A stretch of 57,356 nt of DNA from an uncultured SAR86 cluster bacterium (GTDB lineage: Bacteria; Pseudomonadota; Gammaproteobacteria; Magnimaribacterales; D2472), in contig CACDVW010000004.1 in assembly GCA_902556355.1 (NCBI GenBank), positions 1 to 57,356 on the forward strand, written 5' to 3'. Of this stretch, positions 18,811 to 27,701 are shown piece after piece; within the stretch, counting starts at the first letter, position 1; every line of letters starts with the position of its first letter. A program made the position numbers and the translations under genes. Below the pieces are notes generated by a model. That model saw only the letters and a list, made by a program, of their open reading frames with translations, was not told the DNA's origin and ran no database searches.

Positions 18811-19893
18811 ATGAATCTAAGAGTATTTTTATCTTTATTATTTTTATCTAATATCACTTTCGCAAGTTATAAATATGAAATCATTGCTGAGGATTTAGAT
18901 GATGCTTGGAGTATGGTTTTCATTGATGAAAATACTATTTTATTTACAGAGCTTCCTGGTAATTTAAAGATTCTAAATTTATCAGATAAATCAATTACAA
19001 ACATAGTAAATATACCTAAAGTGCATTATGCAAGCCAAGGGGGGCTTTCAGAAGTAATTCTTGATCCAGAGTTTAAGTCAAATAATAAAATTTATTTAAG
19101 TTATTCTGCAAAGAATAAGAATAATAAATCAACCTTATTTCTATCTTCAGCAAAGTTAAAGAATGACAGCTTAGAAAATCAAAAAGTTATTTTTGAAGCA
19201 ATTGCTCCTAGACGAACATCAGTACACATGGGAGCAAAAATAGCTTTTATGCAAGATGGTACTCTATTACTTAATAGTGGTGATGGATTTGATCATAGAG
19301 AAAAGGCTCAGTATTTAGATAACCATTTTGGGAAAATTATAAGAATAAATACTGATGGCACAGTACCTAAAGATAATCCTTTTGTTAATACCGCTGGTGC
19401 ATTACCAGAAATTTATTCATATGGTCATAGAAATATGCAAGGACTTATTGTTACTAGCTCAGGTGATATATATGAAAATGAGCATGGTCCAAAGGGTGGT
19501 GATGAAATGAACCTCATTAAACCATCACTAAATTATGGTTGGCCTGCAATTACATATGGAATTGACTATTCAGGAGCAGTTATAAGCCCATTTACAGAAA
19601 AAGAGGGCATGGAACAGCCTTTACTTCATTGGACTCCATCTATTGCACCTTCTGATATGGTTTACTATGAAGATAATTTGTATCCTGAATTTACAGGTTC
19701 ATTCTTAGTAACAGCCTTAGTGTCGAAAGATGTTAAAAAAGTTACTTTTGTAAATGATACAGCTAATCAAGAAAGTTTATTCTCTGATTTAAATGAAAGA
19801 TTAAGAAATATTGAAATCTCCCCAGCTGGATTTGTCTACCTTCTTACAGACGGACCTGGCGGAAAATTAATTAAAGTATTACCAAAAGAATAA
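18811..19893 (+). CDS. PQQ-dependent sugar dehydrogenase (GSDH/YliI-like)
   Basis: Signal peptide; QGGL, GKIIRIN.DG.VP.DNPF, YGHRNMQG, EHGPKGGDE, NYGWP, WTPSIAPS. Confidence 0.92.
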   Translation: MNLRVFLSLLFLSNITFASYKYEIIAEDLDDAWSMVFIDENTILFTELPGNLKILNLSDKSITNIVNIPKVHYASQGGLSEVILDPEFKSNNKIYLSYSAKNKNNKSTLFLSSAKLKNDSLENQKVIFEAIAPRRTSVHMGAKIAFMQDGTLLLNSGDGFDHREKAQYLDNHFGKIIRINTDGTVPKDNPFVNTAGALPEIYSYGHRNMQGLIVTSSGDIYENEHGPKGGDEMNLIKPSLNYGWPAITYGIDYSGAVISPFTEKEGMEQPLLHWTPSIAPSDMVYYEDNLYPEFTGSFLVTALVSKDVKKVTFVNDTANQESLFSDLNERLRNIEISPAGFVYLLTDGPGGKLIKVLPKE

Positions 19894-20723
19894 TGAAAAT
19901 ATCTAAATATCCATTTGCAGTATTATCAGCAGCATTGTTTACGGTAATGCTAGTTACTCCTATTACTTCTATATCAAATCTTATTTGGCTGTCTTCTGTT
20001 AATATGCCTGTAACTTTCATAACATCTTTAGAGGTTATTCTCTTTGATTTTCAAAGACTAGGCTTTCCTTTATTTGCCGTTTTCACAATAGCTTTTACTA
20101 TAGCTTTTACAGTGGCAGGTTTGTTCTCACGGTTCACAAAATATGGTGGAAACAATCTCTACGCACTAGCAGGTGCTGCTGCGATTGGTGTTGCGTTAAT
20201 TTTAATGGTGGAGCTGTTATTCCAAACTCAACTATTAGGTGGTAACCGCTCATTTTTAGGAAAAATATTTCACTGGATTGCAGGATTCTTTGGTGGATAC
20301 TTTTTCTATAACCTCATATCTAAAGAAAGATCTTTTACCTTTGTTGTAAGATTTTTTGGGATATTCTATTCTTATGTTCTTTTAGGCCTCGTTTTAACAT
20401 GGGTATTTACACCCAGTGCTGCAGCAGCAGATTTTGGCTTTATCCTTGGTGATTTATCAGATAGCGCACAAAACGCCTTATTAAGAGATTTCACTTCATT
20501 TTTTGTAGCTACATTTATATTTTCAATTTTAGGAGTAGTTACCTTAAATCCTGCATGGTTTTTTTCAGCAGGAATTATTTATTATGGAGCAGCATTATTC
20601 AATTTAGTTGCTATTTATGCACACGGCACAACCTATAACCAGATCTACGTTGGTGAAATTATTTTAGGTACTATACCAACTCTATTAGCCTTAACAATAA
20701 TCTATAAAAACAAATCTATCTAG
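19893..20723 (+). CDS. Multi-pass membrane protein; C-terminal half similar to 8790-9167
   Basis: About 8 TMs; shared RDFT.FF motif; TAATG coupling to the dehydrogenase. Confidence 0.75.
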   Translation: MKISKYPFAVLSAALFTVMLVTPITSISNLIWLSSVNMPVTFITSLEVILFDFQRLGFPLFAVFTIAFTIAFTVAGLFSRFTKYGGNNLYALAGAAAIGVALILMVELLFQTQLLGGNRSFLGKIFHWIAGFFGGYFFYNLISKERSFTFVVRFFGIFYSYVLLGLVLTWVFTPSAAAADFGFILGDLSDSAQNALLRDFTSFFVATFIFSILGVVTLNPAWFFSAGIIYYGAALFNLVAIYAHGTTYNQIYVGEIILGTIPTLLALTIIYKNKSI

Positions 20724-20759
20724 CTTATAGGTTTTGCCTATATTACTTATGCGTCTTAG

Positions 20760-21053
20760 TTATATTGATCTAATTAAAATTATTCCAATTAGCATTATTA
20801 GTATTTCCCCTAATAAAATTATTAAATAATATGAGCTAGGAATTCCACTTGAAGTAATATTTATAAGTCTAATTAATGCAAACCCAGCCATAAAAACAAC
20901 AATACTCCAAATAGCAATTGAAGTTAAAGGTTTATAAAAAGCAGAAATTACCCAAAATAACGCTATTGCTATGTAAAGACCGTAATGATCAAATTTAGCT
21001 AAATAAAAAAGAGCTGATGCTGTGATGATTAGATATAAGGTTTGAAAAATCAT
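20760..21053 (-). CDS. Small membrane protein
   Basis: Hydrophobic 97-aa ORF directly downstream of 21061-21381. Confidence 0.65.
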   Translation of the reverse strand: MIFQTLYLIITASALFYLAKFDHYGLYIAIALFWVISAFYKPLTSIAIWSIVVFMAGFALIRLINITSSGIPSSYYLIILLGEILIMLIGIILIRSI

Positions 21054-21060
21054 ATAAGAT

Positions 21061-21381
21061 TTAGTCTAAAGCTTTATAGTTAGGTATAACTTTCATTACG
21101 TATACAGCATTATTAAATTCTTTTTGACAGACTGAAATAGTCTCCTTAACTGAATTCATAGCATGATGATATTCACCTTGAATTACAGTACTAGTAGGAA
21201 AGGTTGTTATCTTAAGATTGCTATAAGTATTAATAGCTCTTATAAAGCCCTTTATAGGCGGAATAAAATCTTCTTTATTGGGATACATGCTTACATCTAT
21301 GGTTACTTGAAGAGGTTCATTTAACTTAGCAGAACCTTTAGTAATATTATTTTCTATAAATTCTTCGTAGTCTTTGCTCAT
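21061..21381 (-). CDS. YkoF/thiamine-binding-like small protein
   Basis: VTIDVSMYP...FIPPIKGFI...TFPTSTVIQGEY ferredoxin-like pattern. Confidence 0.6.
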   Translation of the reverse strand: MSKDYEEFIENNITKGSAKLNEPLQVTIDVSMYPNKEDFIPPIKGFIRAINTYSNLKITTFPTSTVIQGEYHHAMNSVKETISVCQKEFNNAVYVMKVIPNYKALD

Positions 21382-21414
21382 AAACTTATATTTGTAAATG
21401 GGTATGTATTAACT

Positions 21415-21498
21415 TTAGCTATATGCGAGTTTAACTACATAGATAAATATTACTATTGCTAAACATATAAAAATAACCCAGTTAACCCAATTATTCAT
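21415..21498 (-). CDS. Possible 27-aa membrane peptide
   Basis: MNNWVNWVIFICLAIVIFIYVVKLAYS. Confidence 0.4.
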   Translation of the reverse strand: MNNWVNWVIFICLAIVIFIYVVKLAYS

Positions 21499-21596
21499 TT
21501 TTATATTTTAACAAAAGAAAATAGGAGATTTATGATTTTTATTTGTTTATAGATTGTGTCAGAATAATTAAACTTATTTTTCTAACTGGAGAGATT

Positions 21597-21698
21597 ATGA
21601 ATTGGTTAAAAAACTTCTTTTATAAACTGTTTAGTAAATCAGAAAGAAAGATTTTTGATAAGTCTGATTTAGAATACCAAGATAGTGATAACACTTAA
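21597..21698 (+). CDS. Possible 33-aa peptide
   Basis: GGAG RBS at 21588-21591; MNWLKNFFYKLFSKSERKIFDKSDLEYQDSDNT, amphipathic N-terminus and acidic tail. Confidence 0.5.
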   Translation: MNWLKNFFYKLFSKSERKIFDKSDLEYQDSDNT

Positions 21699-21729
21699 CG
21701 ATACTATTAAAAACTAAAAAATAAAATAA

Positions 21730-21757
21730 TTGCGAAACTTGCAAAACCCTATAAAAT
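21730..21757 (+). promoter_or_regulatory. Probable native tRNA-Ser promoter, now upstream of the truncated copy
   Basis: TTGCGA-N16-TAAAAT ending 16 nt before the tRNA 5' fragment. Confidence 0.65.
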
Positions 21758-21773
21758 AGCTACTTCAGAATCA

Positions 21774-21996
21774 GGAGGGATGGCAGAGTCTGGTTTATTG
21801 TAACGGTCTTGAAATGTTCCCTTAGGTCTTTTACTACTCATTAACACTATTTAAAACGGCATTAATATAACCTTTTAAAAAAGAGTAATATTTCTTGAAA
21901 AGCAGTAAAGAAATAAAAATCCCACAAAAATCCCACAATTACCTTAATAGGATCAGACTGACTCTAGGAAAAGAGGGAGCTTGCGAATAACCCATT
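21774..21996 (+). repeat. attL-like repeat, copy 1 (41-bp tRNA-Ser 5' half + 182-bp arm)
   Basis: Identical over 223 bp to 27702-27924; contains ATCCCACAAAAATCCCAC at 21919-21936. Confidence 0.95.
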
Positions 21997-22042
21997 GGGA
22001 TTTAGTAAAAAGAACCTAGTTTAAAGTAATAATAATTATATT

Positions 22043-22059
22043 CTTTACAATTCTTAAAA
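22043..22059 (+). promoter_or_regulatory. Candidate CpxR/OmpR-family binding site
   Basis: CTTTACAATTCTTAAAA; 16/17 match to 24560-24576; both lie about 56-59 nt before a start codon. Confidence 0.55.
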
Positions 22060-22118
22060 AAATAATAAAAACTTTTTATTTAAAATTATGTCTATATAAG
22101 AAACTATATGGAGTATTT

Positions 22119-22484
22119 ATGAAAACAAACTTACTATCACTTACATTAATAACACTTTTTTCATCTTCTGTTATGGCAAATTCAGGAATGAGTATAAAAG
22201 ATATTCGAACTGTTGAAGATGTTCAAGACATTCGTAACAAAATTATCTTCAGAATGACCGAAGTTTTAAATACAGAAAATTTATCAGAAGATAAGGTAAT
22301 GATACTTAAAAAAAGAATTGAGTTACTTTCAAATAAACCTCTTCCCACACAAGAGCAGATTGATTGGAGAGTTGAAAATCCATTAGATTTTCATTCACTT
22401 AAACAAAATAAGGATCAGTTGAAAAGAGATTTAAGAATTAAGATATTTCGACACTTCAGAAATAATAGGCAGCTTGTTGGGTAA
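22119..22484 (+). CDS. Exported hypothetical protein
   Basis: GGAG RBS; signal peptide ending in VMA; charged helical mature region. Confidence 0.75.
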   Translation: MKTNLLSLTLITLFSSSVMANSGMSIKDIRTVEDVQDIRNKIIFRMTEVLNTENLSEDKVMILKKRIELLSNKPLPTQEQIDWRVENPLDFHSLKQNKDQLKRDLRIKIFRHFRNNRQLVG

Positions 22485-22541
22485 AGTATTTAATTAATAA
22501 TAACAGAGCCGTTATTTAAGAATAGAAATCCTAGATTTAAT

Positions 22542-23213
22542 ATGAGAGTACTTCTTGTTGATGATGATAAAAAATTTACTACTGGACTGAAAATATTTCT
22601 CAATAAATTCAGTATTATTGTAACAATTGAGGACTGCATATCTTCAGCAGAAAAACAACTTAAAAAATCAAATTTTGATGTTATTTTATTAGATGTAATG
22701 ATGCCTGGTGGTAGTGGGTTTGATTTTTTGCCAACTATTCGAAGGATATGTGATATTCCAGTAATTATGTTAACTGCATTAGATGAAGAGAATGAGCTTG
22801 TAACCGGCTTAGATCTAGGCGCAGACGATTACATTACAAAACCATTTAGCCCCAATGAATTAGTTGCTCGTATACGAGCAATACATAGGAGATATTCAAA
22901 CGGTAAAACTAATAACCAAAGTATTTTGGATGATCTTGAATTATTTCATAGTCAGTGCATGGTAAGAGTAGGGAGTATCAATATTAATCTTACAGAAGCT
23001 GAATCTCTTATCATCCATCTGCTTTTAAATGCAAAAGATAATTATTTAACTCGTGAATTTTTATATCATCAAGTTTTGAATCGTGAAATGATGCCAGAAG
23101 ACAGAAGTTTAGATGTTCACATTAGTAATCTGAGACGGAAATTGGGCCCACATCCAATTAAAGGTAATAGGTTTAAATCAATCAGAGGTAAGGGTTATGC
23201 CCTTACAAAATAA
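22542..23213 (+). CDS. OmpR-family response regulator (CpxR-like)
   Basis: LLVDDD, LLDVMMP, GADDYITKPF, DRSLDVHISNLRRKL, IRGKGY. Confidence 0.95.
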   Translation: MRVLLVDDDKKFTTGLKIFLNKFSIIVTIEDCISSAEKQLKKSNFDVILLDVMMPGGSGFDFLPTIRRICDIPVIMLTALDEENELVTGLDLGADDYITKPFSPNELVARIRAIHRRYSNGKTNNQSILDDLELFHSQCMVRVGSININLTEAESLIIHLLLNAKDNYLTREFLYHQVLNREMMPEDRSLDVHISNLRRKLGPHPIKGNRFKSIRGKGYALTK

Positions 23214-24574
23214 TGCGTAATTTAGTTTGGACATTTTGGCTTGCATTAATCTTAGCAATTATTGGTACTTTTATCTCAAGTGCCATTTTGATAAATCAAT
23301 GGAATAACTACATGTATTATTCTGAAATAGAAGGTCGTCCAAACTATCCTCTCTTCGAACTTTCTAAGGAAATTGAAAATACATTGGAAAACCAAGGCAA
23401 CCTTGAGGATCTTTTACTTAAAAACCCAATTAGTAAATTTGGAGATATTTATCTCATTGATTCTTCAGGCTTAGATGTTTTAAGACGCACACTGCCTGAG
23501 GAAATAGTAATCAAATCAAACAGTCAGCCTATAACTAAACAACCAAAATTTACACAAACAATTAAGCTTGATACTGGTGAAACATTTTTTTTAATTTTTA
23601 GTTTTGATTTAGAACAACGTCCTATATGGAATCTCTTTAAGAGATTTGGTCTTCTTTGGATTTTTTTTCTAGCATTCATTATTTCTGGATTAATTTCTTG
23701 GTGGTTAGCATCTAAGACTGTGCGCCCAATTCAAAAGATAGCATTAGTAAGTAGACTTCATGGAGAGGGCGATTTACATGCACAGATTGATAAAGAAATT
23801 CTTGAACGTAAAGATGAAATAGGTGTACTTGCCAGACAGCTAAAAACCTCAGGCATAAAAATAGAGGAATTAATAAAGAAACAGAAAGATTTTTTAAGAG
23901 ATGTTTCTCATGAAGTTAGAACTCCACTTGCAAGAATGCAGATTGCTGTAGAAACTCTAGAACTAGATACCAGTGATGAAAAATCAATGAATCAGATTAA
24001 AAATGAAGTTCTTATTGTTGATCAGCTTGTTCAAGATTTACTTCATTTGTCTCATTTTGATCACCCATCCAAGAACCATAAGATTGATACTATTACTGTA
24101 TACAATTTAGTTCATCAGTGTATAGATAGATCGAAGATACTTGCTAGATCAAAAAACATTTCAATAAAAGTCTTAGATAAAAACTGGGAGAACATAAAGA
24201 TTAATGGAATTATCTTTTTACTAGAAAGGGCTATAGATAATATTTTAAGCAATGCACTGCGCCACTCTCCAGAATATGGTGAAATTGAAGTTACATGCGA
24301 AATAGAAAAGTCATATTGTTCTGTATGCATATATGATCAAGGTGAGGGCGTAACCGAAGAGAGTCTTAAAGATATATTTGAACCATTTGTCCGAATGGAT
24401 TCATCACGAAATCGACAGACAGGTGGTTTTGGTCTTGGTCTTTCATTAGTAAAACGAATTATAGAGTTTCATGGTGGTCAAGCTAGTGCATCAAATTATT
24501 CTAATGGCTTTGTGGTTAAATTAAAAATACCTTTAAATATAAATGCGTTAGAACTTTCTCTTAACAATTCTTAA
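23213..24574 (+). CDS. Sensor histidine kinase (CpxA-like)
   Basis: Two TMs, HAMP (RKDEIG), DVSHEVRTPL H-box, NALRH, DQGEG, GGFGLGL. Confidence 0.95.
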   Translation: MRNLVWTFWLALILAIIGTFISSAILINQWNNYMYYSEIEGRPNYPLFELSKEIENTLENQGNLEDLLLKNPISKFGDIYLIDSSGLDVLRRTLPEEIVIKSNSQPITKQPKFTQTIKLDTGETFFLIFSFDLEQRPIWNLFKRFGLLWIFFLAFIISGLISWWLASKTVRPIQKIALVSRLHGEGDLHAQIDKEILERKDEIGVLARQLKTSGIKIEELIKKQKDFLRDVSHEVRTPLARMQIAVETLELDTSDEKSMNQIKNEVLIVDQLVQDLLHLSHFDHPSKNHKIDTITVYNLVHQCIDRSKILARSKNISIKVLDKNWENIKINGIIFLLERAIDNILSNALRHSPEYGEIEVTCEIEKSYCSVCIYDQGEGVTEESLKDIFEPFVRMDSSRNRQTGGFGLGLSLVKRIIEFHGGQASASNYSNGFVVKLKIPLNINALELSLNNS

Positions 24575-24576
24575 AA
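24560..24576 (+). promoter_or_regulatory. Second copy of the candidate regulator site
   Basis: CTTAACAATTCTTAAAA, overlapping the kinase stop and upstream of the TBDR. Confidence 0.5.
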
Positions 24577-24632
24577 GAAATATTTATATCAACCAACTAA
24601 TATTCTTTCCATAAAAGTTTATTGGAAAAATT

Positions 24633-27086
24633 ATGATTAATATTAAATTTAAGTCATGTGCATTATTTATGTTCTTTGTATGTACGTTATCTGCAAATGT
24701 TGAATTACCCTTAATAGGAGGAAAAATTAACGATATCAACAGCGGTGAGTCCCTGCCATACGCAAAAGTTACTATTAAAGACACAAATAGAGTTTCTACA
24801 GCAAATCAAGATGGTTCATTTACTATACTTAATATTCCTGTGGGTTCAATTCTTGTAATCAATAAAATGGGATATGAAAGCAAGGAGATAAAAGTCTCTT
24901 CTGATACTAAACGATTGATTATAAATTTATTTAAACTTGAAAAGGATAGTTTGATTGAAGATGTTGTTGTTGTTGGAAGTGTTAATTCAAACATGATGCA
25001 ACAGTCTGGAATAAGTCAATTCTCTTTATCACCAGACCTTACACGATCTCTACCAAATCTTGGAGAACAAGATATCTTTAGATCAATGCAGTTATTACCA
25101 GGTGTATCTGGCTCCAATGAAAGCTCATCAGGACTTGTAGTAAGAGGAGGTACTATCGATCAGAATTTAGTTTTATTTGATGATTTCACTGTTTATCATG
25201 TAGACCATGTTTTTGGATTTTTTAGTGCATTTAATAATAATGCAATTAAGGATGTTCAATTTTACAAAGGAGGTTTTGGGGCAAAATATGGTGGACGTAT
25301 GTCTAGTGTTGTTGATATTACAGGTAAGGATGGAAATACTGAGCAATTCGGTATAGGTGCTAGTGTTAGTCTGTTAAGTACTAATGCTGTAGTTGAACAA
25401 CCTTTTGCAGATGGAGCAGGCTCTTTTATCTTAACAGGCCGCAAATCTTACCAAAGCGATCTCTATAACGATATTCTAGAGTCGGTTACTGGAGAAAACC
25501 AAAATGCTCAAGCTGGAACTTCAACACCTGGGCAATTTGCTTTAGGTAGATTTTCAATAGAACCAGAATCTTACTTTTATGATATGAATGCCAAACTAAC
25601 ATATAGACTACCAAACGATGATAAATTTTCTATCAGTTTTTATAATGGAGCAGATGAGCTTGATAACTCGCGAGATGTTGATGGGAATGCAGATATCAGT
25701 CGTTTATGTGAGTTGTTTGATGGAAATGGTCCTTTTGGAGGCACTTTTTGCGAAGAAGAAATTAGTTTTGCTGTAGGTACAATTGATCTAAGTGAATGGG
25801 GCAACACGGGCATTAGCGCAAAATATTCCCATCAATGGAATGATAGATTAGATACAAATTTTGTTATATCAGCATCAGAATATTTTAGTTATAGAGATCG
25901 TTTAATAAATACACAAGTTATATACGAAGATTCAGATGATGAACCAACAACAGGAGAGTCGAGCAGTAATGAGGATAATCAACTTGATGATTTTACTGTA
26001 AAAATTGAAAATGATTATTACTTAAATCAATGGAACACATTAAGTTTTGGATTGCAATATACTCAACAAAATATAGATTTTTCTCTTATACAAAATGGTG
26101 ATCTTGTTCTAGAAACCAAAAATGAAGGCGCTACCTCAACAGTTTATATTGAAGATGAGATTGTTATAAATGCACTTACAGTAATTCCCGGACTAAGAGT
26201 TAGTAAATATAGTATTAATGATGAAGTATATACAGAACCTAGATTATCGATTTCATATGAGTTAAATGATACTACGCAATTAAGAGCAGCTTTTGGTGAT
26301 TATCATCAATTTGCTCTCAGTGTTGCTAGACAAAGTATTGAGGAGGGACCTCGTAACTTCTGGACTTTAGCAGACGGGGAGACTGTACCTGTTAGCAAAT
26401 CAAGTCATTTTATATTGGGAACAACTCATTATGTCGGTAACTATAATTTTAATATTGAATTATTTCATAAGGAATATGAGGGTTTATCAGAATTCACGCA
26501 ACAGACACGACCAATTCGCAACGAAGACGGAACAGGGTTAACTCTTATTTTAGAACAAGAATTTCATACTGGTTCCGGGACTGCTTCTGGAGTTGAATTA
26601 TTTTTACAAAAAAATATCGGTGATCTAACTGGGTGGGTAGGATATACCTTTAGTGAAGTTATTTATGATTTTCCAACTGTTTCAGATACCACATATTTTG
26701 CTGATCAAGATGCAACAAATGAGTTCAAGACTGTATTGATGTATCGATGGGGGGATTGGGATTTAGCATCTACATTTATCTATGCTACCGGAAGGCCATA
26801 TACTGAAGTATTGGGTGTGGTAGAGGATACTTTTCCGCCAACATATGAGGTTGGTGCAAAAAATGATTTACGCTATGACGACTACCATCGTCTTGATTTG
26901 TCTTTTACATATAATTTTTCAAGAAGAGGACTTGACGGGCAAGCAGGATTATCAATATTCAACCTTTATGACCGTAAAAATCAATGGTACACAGAATATG
27001 AAATTATAGAAGGAGAAATTTTAGAAACAGAAATAACCTATCGTGGCTTTACTCCAAGTCTCTTTTTTAAGGTAGATTTATACTAA
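24633..27086 (+). CDS. TonB-dependent receptor with N-terminal carboxypeptidase-regulatory-like domain
   Basis: GKIND..SGESLPYAKV...NQDGSFT domain; LLPGV, VRGG..DQNLVLFD, HVFGFFSAFN, GAKYGGRMSSV. Confidence 0.92.
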   Translation: MINIKFKSCALFMFFVCTLSANVELPLIGGKINDINSGESLPYAKVTIKDTNRVSTANQDGSFTILNIPVGSILVINKMGYESKEIKVSSDTKRLIINLFKLEKDSLIEDVVVVGSVNSNMMQQSGISQFSLSPDLTRSLPNLGEQDIFRSMQLLPGVSGSNESSSGLVVRGGTIDQNLVLFDDFTVYHVDHVFGFFSAFNNNAIKDVQFYKGGFGAKYGGRMSSVVDITGKDGNTEQFGIGASVSLLSTNAVVEQPFADGAGSFILTGRKSYQSDLYNDILESVTGENQNAQAGTSTPGQFALGRFSIEPESYFYDMNAKLTYRLPNDDKFSISFYNGADELDNSRDVDGNADISRLCELFDGNGPFGGTFCEEEISFAVGTIDLSEWGNTGISAKYSHQWNDRLDTNFVISASEYFSYRDRLINTQVIYEDSDDEPTTGESSSNEDNQLDDFTVKIENDYYLNQWNTLSFGLQYTQQNIDFSLIQNGDLVLETKNEGATSTVYIEDEIVINALTVIPGLRVSKYSINDEVYTEPRLSISYELNDTTQLRAAFGDYHQFALSVARQSIEEGPRNFWTLADGETVPVSKSSHFILGTTHYVGNYNFNIELFHKEYEGLSEFTQQTRPIRNEDGTGLTLILEQEFHTGSGTASGVELFLQKNIGDLTGWVGYTFSEVIYDFPTVSDTTYFADQDATNEFKTVLMYRWGDWDLASTFIYATGRPYTEVLGVVEDTFPPTYEVGAKNDLRYDDYHRLDLSFTYNFSRRGLDGQAGLSIFNLYDRKNQWYTEYEIIEGEILETEITYRGFTPSLFFKVDLY

Positions 27087-27520
27087 TGTGTTCTTTAAAA
27101 ATAAATAGTAAAAAGTTAATTGTCATTATGCTTACTACCCTTATATCGGGAGTTAATGCTTCTGATTATGGTGAGCATAATGACATATTTTTAGAGATCC
27201 AATCAAGATTAAATTTAACAGAGGAACAAGTTCAACAATTCAAACCTATTTTTGTTGATAACTTTGAAAAACGAAGGAATTTAATGAATAAGTATGGCAT
27301 CAATATCAATAATAAAAAAACAACTAATAATAAAGGAATGGGAGTTATGGAAATACGTCAGCTTCGTTCGCTTAAAAAAGAAATTGATAAAATAAATAAA
27401 AATGCTGAAAAGCAGCTTGCTAACATTTTTACTAAAGAGCAAATGAATATTTATAAATTATTCCAAGAAGAGCAGCGAGATGAGATAAAAGAACAGCTTA
27501 TTGGAAGAAAGAATAGTTAG
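27086..27520 (+). CDS. Spy/CpxP-like (LTXXQ) periplasmic protein
   Basis: Signal peptide; LNLTEEQ and IFTKEQ motifs framing a helical hairpin. Confidence 0.65.
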   Translation: MCSLKINSKKLIVIMLTTLISGVNASDYGEHNDIFLEIQSRLNLTEEQVQQFKPIFVDNFEKRRNLMNKYGININNKKTTNNKGMGVMEIRQLRSLKKEIDKINKNAEKQLANIFTKEQMNIYKLFQEEQRDEIKEQLIGRKNS

Positions 27521-27532
27521 GTATAAGGATTT

Positions 27533-27592
27533 TGGTGCTAAGTTTCACTCTAAGAATTAATAAATGAGATAATCCTCCGTTTCTTAGCACCA
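27533..27592. repeat. 10-bp inverted repeat with 40-nt spacer
   Basis: TGGTGCTAAG (27533-27542) and CTTAGCACCA (27583-27592). Confidence 0.6.
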
Positions 27593-27658
27593 TTTATAAC
27601 CCCTATTTATGTGGTATTTCATTATTAAATAGCCTAATTTTAGCAATTTAATTAGTTA

Positions 27659-27686
27659 TTGATTATGTATGAAAACCCTATAAAAT
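27659..27686 (+). promoter_or_regulatory. tRNA-type promoter before attL copy 2
   Basis: TTGATT-N16-TAAAAT; shares AAAACCCTATAAAATAG with the promoter at 21730-21757. Confidence 0.6.
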
Positions 27687-27701
27687 AGGCCTTCATTAAA
27701 C

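Noticed and set aside
20088-20111. Tandem ATAGCTTTTAC repeat
   Set aside because: It simply encodes IAFT-IAFT in a TM helix; two units give no evidence of a contingency locus.
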